From: Torpedo marmorata
Taxonomy: Eukaryota
Direction: 5' to 3'
DNA length: 64,000 nt
Assembly: GCA_977017645.1 (NCBI GenBank)
Contig: OZ360236.1
Coordinates: 52,452,001 to 52,516,000, forward strand
The position numbers and the translations under genes were made by a program. This document shows, in pieces, positions 49,377 through 59,382 of the stretch. Below the pieces are notes generated by a model. That model was not told the origin of the DNA, made no database searches, and saw only the letters and a list, made by a program, of their open reading frames with translations. Each line of letters starts with the position of its first letter. Position 1 is the first letter of the stretch.

Positions 49377-50677
49377 TAGATTTTCAGATTTATTGTTAGA
49401 GTACATACATAACATCACATACATCCCTGAGATTCTTTTTCCTGCGGGTGAGGCAGAATTACCACTTATTGGCAGTGCAAAAAAAAACCTGACTCAACAT
49501 ACACATGTAAACAAATAAAGAAATATAAAGAAACTGACTGTGCAATACAGAGAGAGAGAAAAAATATCAATAAAGTGCAAAAGTAAGTCCTTAAATAAGT
49601 CCCTGATTGAGTTCGTTGTTGAGGAGTTGGATGGTGGAGGGGTAGCAGCTGTTCCTGGTGGTGCGAGTCTTATGGCACCTATACCTCTTTCCTGATGGTA
49701 GTAGTGAGAACAGAGCGTGTGCTGGGTGGTGTAGATCCTTGATGATTGCTACTGCTCTCTCACAGCATCATTCCCTGTAGATATTCTCGATGGTGGGGAG
49801 GGTTTTACTCGTGATGTCCTGGGCTGTGTCCACTACCTTTTGTAGGGCTTTACAAAAGGTAGTGGGTATTGGTGTCCTCATACCAGGCTGTGATGCAGCC
49901 GGTCAGCACACCTTTCTCCACACATCTGTAGAAATTTGCCAGGGTTTCTGATGTCATACCAAACCTCTGCAAACTCCTGAGGAAGTAGAGGCGATGACGT
50001 GCTTTCTTCATGATGCCATTAGTGTGTTGGGTCCAGGAAAGAGCCCCCGAGATAGTGAAACGTAAAGGTAAAGGTTCCATTATTGTCACGCAATACTACA
50101 TTTAGAATGTAACATACATGAAATTCTTTAATTTTTGTCTACCGTAAGGCAGACAGAGAGTCGCTATTTTGTCCAGCGCCCCTCACAGAAACCTACAGCA
50201 CCTGGTGTTCCTTGGCGGTCTCCCCTCCAAGTACTGACCAGTCCTGTGCCTGCTAAGCTTCCGAGATCAGACAATCCCAGTTGTATTCAGGCTATTGGTG
50301 CTGTGTGACTCCCAAGAACTTAAATTTGCTCACCCTCTCCACCTCTGATCTCCCAATGATCACTGGATCGTACACCTCTGGTTTTGCCTTCCTGAAGTCA
50401 ACAATCAGCTCCTTGGTTTTGGTGACATTGAGTGTGAGGTTGTTGTTGGTGCACCATTCAGCCAAGTTTTCAATCCCCCTCCTGTATGCTAACTCATCGC
50501 CCCTTTTTTTATACAACCAACTACTGTGGTATCGTCAGCGAATTTGTAGATGGTGTTGTCCTACCAAGCCACACAGTCATAGGTGTATAGGGGGCTAAAA
50601 AAGCAGCCCTGTGGTGCCCGGTACTGATGGAGATTGTGGAGGAGATGTTCTTACCAATCCTCACTGATTGTGGTCTG
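49377..50677 (-). mobile_element. Rex1/Babar LINE (family A) 3' part, interrupted by a 5S-derived SINE
   Basis: [30 protein letters not shown]|TISGALSWTQH, KKARHRLYFL; tail CAATAAATCTGAAAATCT at ~49380. Confidence 0.9.
50059..50304 (-). mobile_element. 5S rRNA-derived SINE (SINE3-type); 5S-like head about 50189-50304
   Basis: Minus strand GTCTGATCTCGGAAGCTTAGCAGG...CTGGTCAGTACTTGGAGGGGAGACCGCC..GGAACACCAGGTGCTGTAGG matches 5S rRNA boxes A, IE and C; followed by ~130 nt ending TGACAATAATGGAACCTTTACCTTTAC; possible TSD GTGA. Confidence 0.88.
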
Positions 50678-50754
50678 ATTATGTTACCAAGATCCATGTT
50701 CAGACTCAGCCTTGTTGATGCACAGCAGGAGTGTGCCTCAACCAGGAGGTTCAA

Positions 50755-52279
50755 TAAATTAACATGGAATTATGAAATGGGAGGATTACAACTTCCTAAT
50801 TTTCAATATTATTATAAAGTAGCTCAGTTAAAATTTATTAATGAATTTTTTGATTTGGATAAAACTTCTGCTTGGATTAATATAGAATTGAATAATATGG
50901 GAGAAATACATAAAGAAGATATTATTTATAAATGGAACCCTAAATTATTATTACTTAAAAAGAAAAAAACACCAATTATTAAACATTTGTTGGAAATTTG
51001 GTCGCAAGTAGATAAGGAGATAGGTCAAAAAGGATTAATTTCTTTAAATACACCAATATATCAAAATCCACTTTTACCATTTTCTATGGATAATCAATTA
51101 CTTAAATTATGGTTTTTAAAGGGAGTTAAGACATTAAAAGATTGTTTTGAAGCAGGTAAATTTGTTACCTTTCAGAGGTTAAAGGAAAAATTTAATATAT
51201 TAGATAATACAATGTTAGTTTATTTTCAAGTTAGAGCTTTTTTGATTGAAAGATTAGGGAATGAATTAACAGTATTAAGACAAAGTGAATTGGAGTTATT
51301 AATTACTAAAGTTAATGTTAATAAATTTATATCACAGATGTACAAGTTGTTTCAAAGAAAAATGTCTAAGGTAGGAGAGCATAAGTCTAGATTGAAATGG
51401 GAGTCTGATTTGAATGTTAATATAGATGAAAAACACTGGAAAGATTTATGTAAACTAAGTATGACAAAAGTTATTAATGTGAGATATAGATTAGTACAAT
51501 ATAATTTTTTTCATCAATTGTATTTGACACCTAGAAAATTGAAGAAATTTAACCCAGCGTTATCAGATATGTGTTTCAGATGTAAAACTGAAATAGGATC
51601 TTTTGTACATTGTACATGGTCATGTTCAAAGATTCAAGAATTTTGGTTGAAAGTTAAGAATTTTTTAGAAAGAATTTTTAATGTTGAAATTGCAATGGAT
51701 CCTATGTTATTTTTATTTGGAGACATTAAAAAATTTAGTATTAGACATAAATTGAATATGTATCAAGTAGAATTTTTACGTATAATATTAGCAATTTCAA
51801 AAAAATGTATAGCTATTACTTGGAAATCGGATGTTGATTTAAATTTAGAACGATGGCATGCAGAGTTACGGTCATGTATACCATTGGAAAAAATTACCTA
51901 TAATTTACGAAATAAATATCATTCTTTTTTAAAAATTTGGGGCCCATATACGAGGATTATGGGTTTAACATTATGAATTCTCTGGATATTAGACCTACCG
52001 GCGAAACAACCTCTAAGATATATTAGTGTTTTTTTTTTTTAAGCTTATTGACTCCTCGTTCTATCTTTATATCTTTACTTTTTCTTTTATCTTTACTATT
52101 ATTATTATATTTTTTTTTTAAATTAGATTAGGGGGGTATAGGGGCTAGGGAGGGGAGGGTGGGATGAGGGGGGGAGAAAATGTAATCACATGTATTTTTT
52201 AAGAATTATATGCAAGTTAGTTTATGTAATGTGTGATTTAAAATTTAAATAAAATATTAAAAAAAAAAAAAAAAAAAAA
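50755..52279 (+). mobile_element. L1-clade LINE, 5'-truncated: ORF2 C-terminus with CCHC knuckle, 3' UTR and poly(A)
   Basis: GGLQLPNF..YY, CFRC....GSFVHCTWSC; AATAAA at ~52248 then A-tail; 15-bp TSD AACCAGGAGGTTCAA at 50740-50754 and 52280-52294. Confidence 0.95.
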
Positions 52280-52324
52280 AACCAGGAGGTTCAAAACTAA
52301 ACCAAGGCCAGTGGGGCTCATTAA

Positions 52325-52497
52325 CACAATAAGAGATGGTAGCAGAATTAGGCAATTCGGCCCATCGAGTCTGCTCTGCCAATCGAATCTCAGCTGATGT
52401 ATTCTTCCTTTCAACCACATTTTTCTTTTTTCCCCATAACTTTGATGTCCTTGTAAATCAAAACCCGTTAACCTCCGCTTTAAATCTACCCAGTGAC
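52325..52497 (-). mobile_element. CR1 LINE 3' end
   Basis: GCAGAATTAGGCAATTCGGCCCATCGAGTCTGCTC, similar to 33018-33190. Confidence 0.8.
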
Positions 52498-52509
52498 GAA
52501 CTCTTGAAT

Positions 52510-55467
52510 CTGAAGTCCACAATCATCTCCTTGGTTTTGCTGACGTTGAGCGGAAGGATGTTGTCGTAACACCATTCAACGAGCTGATCTATCTCCCTCC
52601 TCTACGCTTCCTCATTGCCGTTTGTGATTCTGCCGACAACTGTGGTGTCATCGGCAAACTTGTAGATGGCATTGGAATTGTGCCTGGCCACACAGTCATG
52701 GGTGTATAACGAGTAGAGCAGTGGACTAAGCACGCATCCTTGGGGTGCGCCTGTGTTGATAATCAGTGAGGAGGAGACGTTGTTTCCAATTCGTACTGAC
52801 TGTGGTCTTCCGATGAGAAAGTCAAGGATCCAGTTGCAGAGGTGGGTACAGAGGCCTAGAGTTTGTAGCTTCTTGACCAGCACTGAGGGAATAATGGTAT
52901 TGAAGGCTGAGCTGTAGTCGATGAAGAGCAGCTGTATGTATGAATTGCTGTTTTCGAGGTGACCCAGAGCTGAGTGGAGAGCCAGCGATATTGCATCTAC
53001 TGTGGAGCGATTGTGGCGATAGGCGAATTGCAGTGTGTCCAGATCTTTGCTTCGGTACGTGTTAATTCTGGCCATGACCAGCCTCTCAAAGCATTTCATC
53101 ACATTAGAAGTTAGTGCTACTGGGCGGTAGTCGTTGAGGCAGCTCACACTACTCTTCTTGGGCACCGGGATGATTGATGCCCTTTTGAAGCAGATGGGCT
53201 GCCTCAACGACTACCGCCCAGTTGCACTAACTTCTACTGTGATGAAATGCTTTGAGAGGCTGGTCATGGCCAGAATTAACACATACCTAAGCAAAGATCT
53301 GGACCCACTGCAATTCGCCTATCGCCACAATCACTCCACAGCAGATGCAATATCGCTGGCTCTCCACTCAGCTCTGGATCACCTCGAAAACAGCAATTCA
53401 TACATACGGCTGCTCTTCATCGACTACAGCTCGGCCTTCAATACCATTATTCCCTCAGTGCTGGTCAAGAAGCTACAAACTCTAGTCCTCTGTACCCCCC
53501 TCTGCAACTGGATCCTTGACTTTCTCATTGGAAGACCACAGTCAGTACGAATTGGAAACAATGTCTCCTCCTAACTGATTATCAACACAGGCGCACCCCA
53601 AGGATGCGTGCTTAGTCCACTGCTCTACTCGTTATACACCCACGTCTGTGTGGCCAGGCACAATTCCAATGCCATCTACAAGTTTGCCGATGACACCACA
53701 GTTGTCGGCAGAATCACAAACGTCAATGAGGAAGCGTACAGGAGGGAGATAGATCAACTCGTTGAATGGTGTAATGGCAACAACCTAGAGCTCAACGTCA
53801 GCAAAACCAAGGAGATGATTGTGGACTTCAGGAGGAAGTCAGGGGAACACGACCCAGTCCTCATCGAGGGCTCAGTCGTGGAGAGGGTCAAGAACTTCAA
53901 ATTCCTGGGTGTCAACATCTCCGAGGATCTGTACTGGAGCATCCACGTTGATGCAATCACAAAGAAGGCTCGTCAGCGGCTATACTTTGTGAGGTGTCTG
54001 CGGAGATTCGGTATGTCACCAAAGACTCTCGTAAACTTCTACAGGTGTACCGTGGAGAGCATTCTGGCTGGTTGCATCACTGCCTGGTATGGAGGCGCCA
54101 ACTCCCAGGACAAGAGTAAACTCCAGAGGGTTGTTAACTCGGCCTGTGACATCACAGGCACCAAACTTCACTCCATCGAGGACATCTACATGAGGCGGTG
54201 TCTTAAAAAAAGCAGCCTCTATCCTCAAAGACCCCCACCACCCAGGCCATTCCCTCTTCACTCTGCTTCCATCGGGAAAAAGGTACAGGAGCCTAAAGAC
54301 GAGCACTCAACGGCACAAGGACAGCTTCTTCCCCGCTGTCATCAGATTCCTGAATAATCAATGAACCAAAGACACTGCCTTACTTTTCGTGCACTATTGT
54401 TTATAATTTTTTATAGTAATGTCGTTAGATGGTTAATATGAATGTTAATTGCACTATGATGCTGCCGCAAAACACCGAATTTCATGACTTGTTCATGACA
54501 ATAAATTCTGATTCTGATTCTGAACCTCTGACTGCCGCAATGAGAGGTTGAAAATGTCCTGAACACTCCGGCTAGTTGGTTGGCGCAGATTGTCAGTACT
54601 CTGCCAGGTACGCCGTCAGGGCCTGACGCCTTGCGAGGGTTCACCCTCTTGAATGATGTTCTGATGTCGCCCTCAGAGACAGATATCACAGGGTCCTCAG
54701 CCTTTTCAAGGATTCTAGTAGGCACTGTTTGGTACTTCTTCTCAAAGCGGGCATAGAAGATGTTCAGCTCATCGGGTAGTGAAGCATCACAGCCATCCAT
54801 AGTGTTCGCCCTCGCTTTGTAGGCTGTAATAGCCTGCACTCCCTTCCATAGCTGGCGTGTATCTGTCTCTGTCTCTAGCTTCCTCCGGAATTGCCACTTT
54901 GCTTCAGAGATGGCCTTCCGCAGGTCGTGCCTGGACTTCTTGTAACGATCCCAATCCTCGGCCTTAAACGCCCTTGTTCTCGCCCTCAGCAGGTTGCGAA
55001 TTCTCTGATTCATCCAGGGCTTCTGATTGGGGAACACCTGGTATGTACGCGTGGGCACACACTCATCCACGCAGGTCTTGATGAAGTCGGTGACACCTGT
55101 TGCATATTAATTCAGGTCTATGGATGAGTTTTTGAATATGTTCCAGTCCACCGATTCAAAGCAGTCCTGCAGACGCTCCTCCGCCCCCCTCGACTATACT
55201 TTCGCCGTCCTCACCAGTGGTGCTGTAGTCTTCAGTCTCTGCTTATATGCCGGGAGTAGAAGTACAGCCAGGTGATCAGACTTGCCGAAGTGCGGTCGTG
55301 GTATGGCTCGGTATGCGTTCTTCACGGTGGTGTAGCAATGGTCGAGTGTGTTGGTTCCCCTGGTCTCGCATGTGAGGTGTTGGTGGTAGTTTGTCAGTGA
55401 CTTCTTCAGGTTGGCCTGATTGAAGTCTCCCACAATGATCGGGAAGGCATCAGGATGTGCTGTCTCT
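52510..55467 (-). mobile_element. Rex1/Babar LINE (family B) endonuclease to RT region, split at 53198/54523 by a plus-strand copy of the same family
   Basis: 55467-54523 reads IVGDFNQANL..TLDHCYT..GKSDH..PNQKPWM..KASGPDGV..FNLSLRQSEV and resumes at 53198 with [15 protein letters not shown]...YKFADD; 3' end missing. Confidence 0.92.
53199..54522 (+). mobile_element. Rex1/Babar LINE (family B), 5'-truncated, young
   Basis: [12 protein letters not shown] to ORF end; tail TGACAATAA(ATTCTG)3; near-identical to 38346-39688. Confidence 0.95.
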
Positions 55468-55524
55468 TTATTTAGCTTCCAATTCTCCGAACTGTCTTCT
55501 TTTTTTTTCAACTGAATGACTGAG

Positions 55525-55900
55525 CAATAAGAACACAATGCTGTGAAACAGCAGATCAAACAGTGTACTTTATATAGCAAAGATAAAGATACATAACGAA
55601 CGTTTCGGGCTTGATCCCTTCATCAAGGTATGGATAAATGTCGGCAGATGCTTAATATTTTGCCATGGTTCAGGCATCTGCCAACATTTTCTGTAGGTTC
55701 GAGCTCCTGCCGACATTTTGCAAACATTGATGAAGAGCTCAAGCATTAAATGTTTGTTATTTATCTTTATCTTTGCTATATAAGGTACACTGTTTGACCT
55801 GCTGAGTTTCTCCAGCAATGTGTTCCTACTTCATCCATGGTGTCCAGCAATGTGTTCTTTCTTCAACCATGGTGTCTGCTGACTTTTATGTTTTTTTTTC
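55525..55900. mobile_element. Penelope-derived foldback element
   Basis: Inverted arms TCAAACAGTGTACTTTATATAGCAAAGATAAAGATA / TATCTTTATCTTTGCTATATAAGGTACACTGTTTGA; decayed hammerhead cores on both strands; 32-bp tandem duplication at 55811-55874. Confidence 0.8.
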
Positions 55901-56018
55901 TACTGATTGAACAATAAACCTTACTGCTGTCCCACCCTTCTAACAGCTTATAAATTAGGAGATTTTGTATCAAAGTTTGCATTACATTTTTTAATATTAT
56001 ATATTTTCCATATCTTCT

Positions 56019-56278
56019 GGGGTGGCACGGTTGGCGTAGCGGTTAGCGCAACGCCTTTACAGCGGCAGCGATTGGGATCAGACCGGGTTTCGAATCCCGC
56101 GCTGTCTGTAAGGAGTTTGTACGTTCTCCCCGTGTCTGCGTGGGTTTTCTCTAGGGTCTCCAGTTTCCTCCCAACGTTCAAAACCGGGGGTGTAGGTTAA
56201 TGGGGTGTAAATTGGGCGGCACGGACTCATGGGCCGAAATGGCCTGTTACTGTGCTGTATGTCTAAATTTAAATTAAA
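56019..56278 (+). mobile_element. tRNA-derived V-SINE (HE1-like), full length
   Basis: A box TGGCGTAGCGG, B-box-like GGTTTCGAATCCC, V-domain, tail GGGCCGAAATGGCCTGTTACTGTGCTGTA. Confidence 0.92.
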
Positions 56279-57556
56279 AATTCTACAATTTCCTTTGAAA
56301 TATCCCATTCACCATTTTAGTAACATATTACTTGTTAACTCTCTGGACATATTTGATGCTCATATCCATTACTAAACAAATCAGAAAGGGAGGTTTCATT
56401 GTAGATGTTCGTGGAGCAAACCAGGTGTGGTCACTAAATTGTACTTTTTTCAATCTCTGTTGAGCTAAATTTCACAAAACTACAATTATGGCAAGAAGAA
56501 TTATTGGCACCACTATTTTAGTCAAGCAGAGAATATTATGTGACAAATAACAAGATTTCATTCATGGAAGGGACTCGTTCGAAAACTGTGTACTCCAGCA
56601 AATCTAACAGGAAGCAATAAATTATCAAGAAAAACACATTTTCTGAAAGACCTGCCTCTTTGTAGGATAGGGCAAATTTAGCTCAAATATGAAAGGTGGA
56701 ATTATCTGCAGTAGAGCAACCCTTCCAAGGCTGGGATTGTTGCAGGAGGTTTGAGAGAGTCTCATTGTACATCTTTTTGACCCAGAACAGACCATAGCTT
56801 GAGGTGCTGACAATGGATGCTGAAAGTGGAAAGTGCCCATTTCCACTGCCAACCCACTTGACAAGTGCAGATTGACATTAACATAAATAATAAATAAATG
56901 AAATATAAATTGAAATTAAAATATAATGTAATAAATACTTAGTAATTTGGTCAAAATACTCAACTTCCAATCTTGCGTACCATTTTGTAACTAATTTAAC
57001 TCTTCCAAAAAAAGTTAGTAAATTTAATACTTTAATTGGCAACAGTAAGGCATATAAATTTATAAGGCACATATTTATGTAAAATATTTTAATCTCTAAG
57101 ACTGTGCATTCTCCACATTGAAGAACTTGTGAAATATTTTACAAAAACATCCCCAACTGTAGGTCTCACTTTATTGTATCTCTTACATATTAAATTAACA
57201 TAGCAGAAAGGGGAAAAAATAATTGAATTCATGCTGTTCTGTGTGAGTAAAAGTTGACACTAGCTAATGTGATAAATAAACTAAACTGTAAATTATTTTT
57301 CACTTACTGTTCCTTAATTACAGCTAATTACGTGATTGTGAACCTTGTAAGTTTGGCAGTATTATGTATTTAAGTAGCGTGTCTTTGCTCCATCTGTTGA
57401 GGAATGTTACTTCAGAGAACAGCATGGTTTCACAGTCAGATTCAGTGAAAGTGAAATTCTAACAACGTATTATGGGGAAAATGAGTAAATAACCTGTCGA
57501 CAACCTGTCATTATGGGAAAGTCTGGAGACTGTCATTAACCCTGCAGTATATTATG

Positions 57557-57558
<2 letters not shown>

Positions 57559-57600
<42 letters not shown>
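57559..57600. repeat. (TC)n microsatellite
   Basis: ~21 units with one interruption. Confidence 0.95.
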
Positions 57601-59042
57601 ATTGTCTCATATGCGCCTAGAAAGGCAATGTAAGCTAATGTATGTGTGTTTGTATGTCTTTGCTGCATTAGTGAGAGGATGAAATGCCTTCACTTTGACA
57701 GGATGGCTCAGCTTCACCTATTTTGGGAGCACAGTTTCTTGCTGAGTCCACATTTAATTGTTCTGTTTAGTTTATAGTAGGGATTGTGGTTCTTATACAG
57801 TTCTCTCACTCACATACACAGACCCCTGCTGGATAATAGACATAATGTACACATCAGTGAACAAAATATTCCATCCACCTACTGGAATTTCTGTATCAAA
57901 TTTGATAATTTAATCTGTCTCAAACATGTGTGGAAAAATACTTGAATAATTTTATTTTTTACTTAACAGTCTTTCACAAGGCTAATTTATTCTGGAATAG
58001 AAACCAGAACTACTTTTTTTTACACTCTGCCAAATTCTCAGGCTGCCTCAGGCAAAGCAGTGAAAATAATTAAATAATTTGCCACCATGCTTGTTTAGAT
58101 TTCGATGTGCATAACCTATTTGCTAACATAGTTACATTAATATAGATACTCAAAACCTTCGGCTCTGCAAAGAACTGAAGTTCAGATACTTCTGTTAGTG
58201 ATCGTTGCTACCAAGTTCACATCTCAACACTCGATGGGCCACGAAGCCTTCACAAGAACAAGTTTAAGTAGATATATTTACTGGTGTTATAGTTGCATGT
58301 ACTTTTCTGGATCTTCATTAAATGTGTTTCTCCATTCTACTGAGAGATTGGAGATACGGCTTTGAAAAATAAGATATAAAAAGTTATTAAATGTCTTTCA
58401 TTAATAGCTGTTGTAATGTAACTCTGAATATAATGCCTTCTAATAATCATTAAAGATCCAAGGAACCTGTATTTGCTGATTGTTTATGATTTTTCATGTT
58501 TTGTTTTTAACTGCAACGAATGTGACTGTAAAACACATTCTATGTTCTCAGTGAACAAATGTTCTTTGCAGCCAGGAAAGACACATGATACTGGAGTTGT
58601 ACAATTAGTTAACACATTGAGTGAGGACTAGCCAATGCAGAATCTTATTGCATGTGAGGTTCAAGGCATTATGTAAGCAAACAATGGAAAATAGACGGAA
58701 GAGTCAGAAAGAAGCCTCGGTATTAGATTATTACTTGGGTAAATTGGTGTGACAGTTGAGAGGTATCTGTCGAGGCCCTAATCCTGCGATTTGCTTCTGC
58801 AGTTTTATCCATGGTATCTCTCAGCTTGGATTTTCTCAGTGATTCATTGTGTTGGCATTGTTGCAACCAGTGTACTCTAACAGTGATTTCATTTCTGTTA
58901 TGTAGAGGTTTTAATCTTTGCATTTTATTTTTGCCACATTAAAAATCAATTGAGCCTCCAAAATCGATAGCAGAATGCTATTAAGCATTATTCATATTGA
59001 GTTAAATTTTCCAGTTAATTGCTTGGTTAATATACATTAGAC

Positions 59043-59349
59043 CAGTGGATTTCAAACTGCCCCCCTAAACTCACATTCCACCTTAAGCAATCCCTATGCC
59101 ATAAGTGCTCTGTGATTAGTAAGGGATTGCTTAAGGTGGTATGTGAGTGGGAAGGGAAGGTTGAGAACCACTGCTCTAGACCCAATTGTTACTGAAATAT
59201 TTTGCTTGAGAAAAATTGTCATTGGCCCATTTCCTTTGGAGTTATGAAACCGTGCACATAACGAGTCAATTAGGTACGATTAAAACAGTGGTTTTCAAAC
59301 TTTTTCTTTCCACTCACATACAACCATAAGCAATCCCTTACTAATCACA
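59043..59349. mobile_element. hAT/Charlie-like MITE (59043-59173) plus an inverted partial copy (59286-59349)
   Basis: TIRs CAGTGGATTTCAAACT / AGGTTGAGAACCACTG; flanking 8-mers CATTAGAC / CTCTAGAC (Charlie-type TCTAGA target); internally palindromic. Confidence 0.75.
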
Positions 59350-59382
59350 TTCATTGCCCATCCTGAACTACTTTCAAGTTAG

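Noticed and set aside
50189-50304. Functional 5S rRNA gene
   Set aside because: Many substitutions, a degraded 5' end, no T4 terminator, fused to a LINE-like tail and inserted in a LINE.
53134-53574. 146-aa ORF with a signal-peptide-like N-terminus ([12 protein letters not shown])
   Set aside because: The N-terminus is the antisense strand of the host LINE reading into the inserted copy.
56019-56105. tRNA genes at SINE heads (also 33.9, 35.4, 37.6 and 40.2 kb)
   Set aside because: No complete cloverleaf; each continues into the V-domain and a CR1-like tail.
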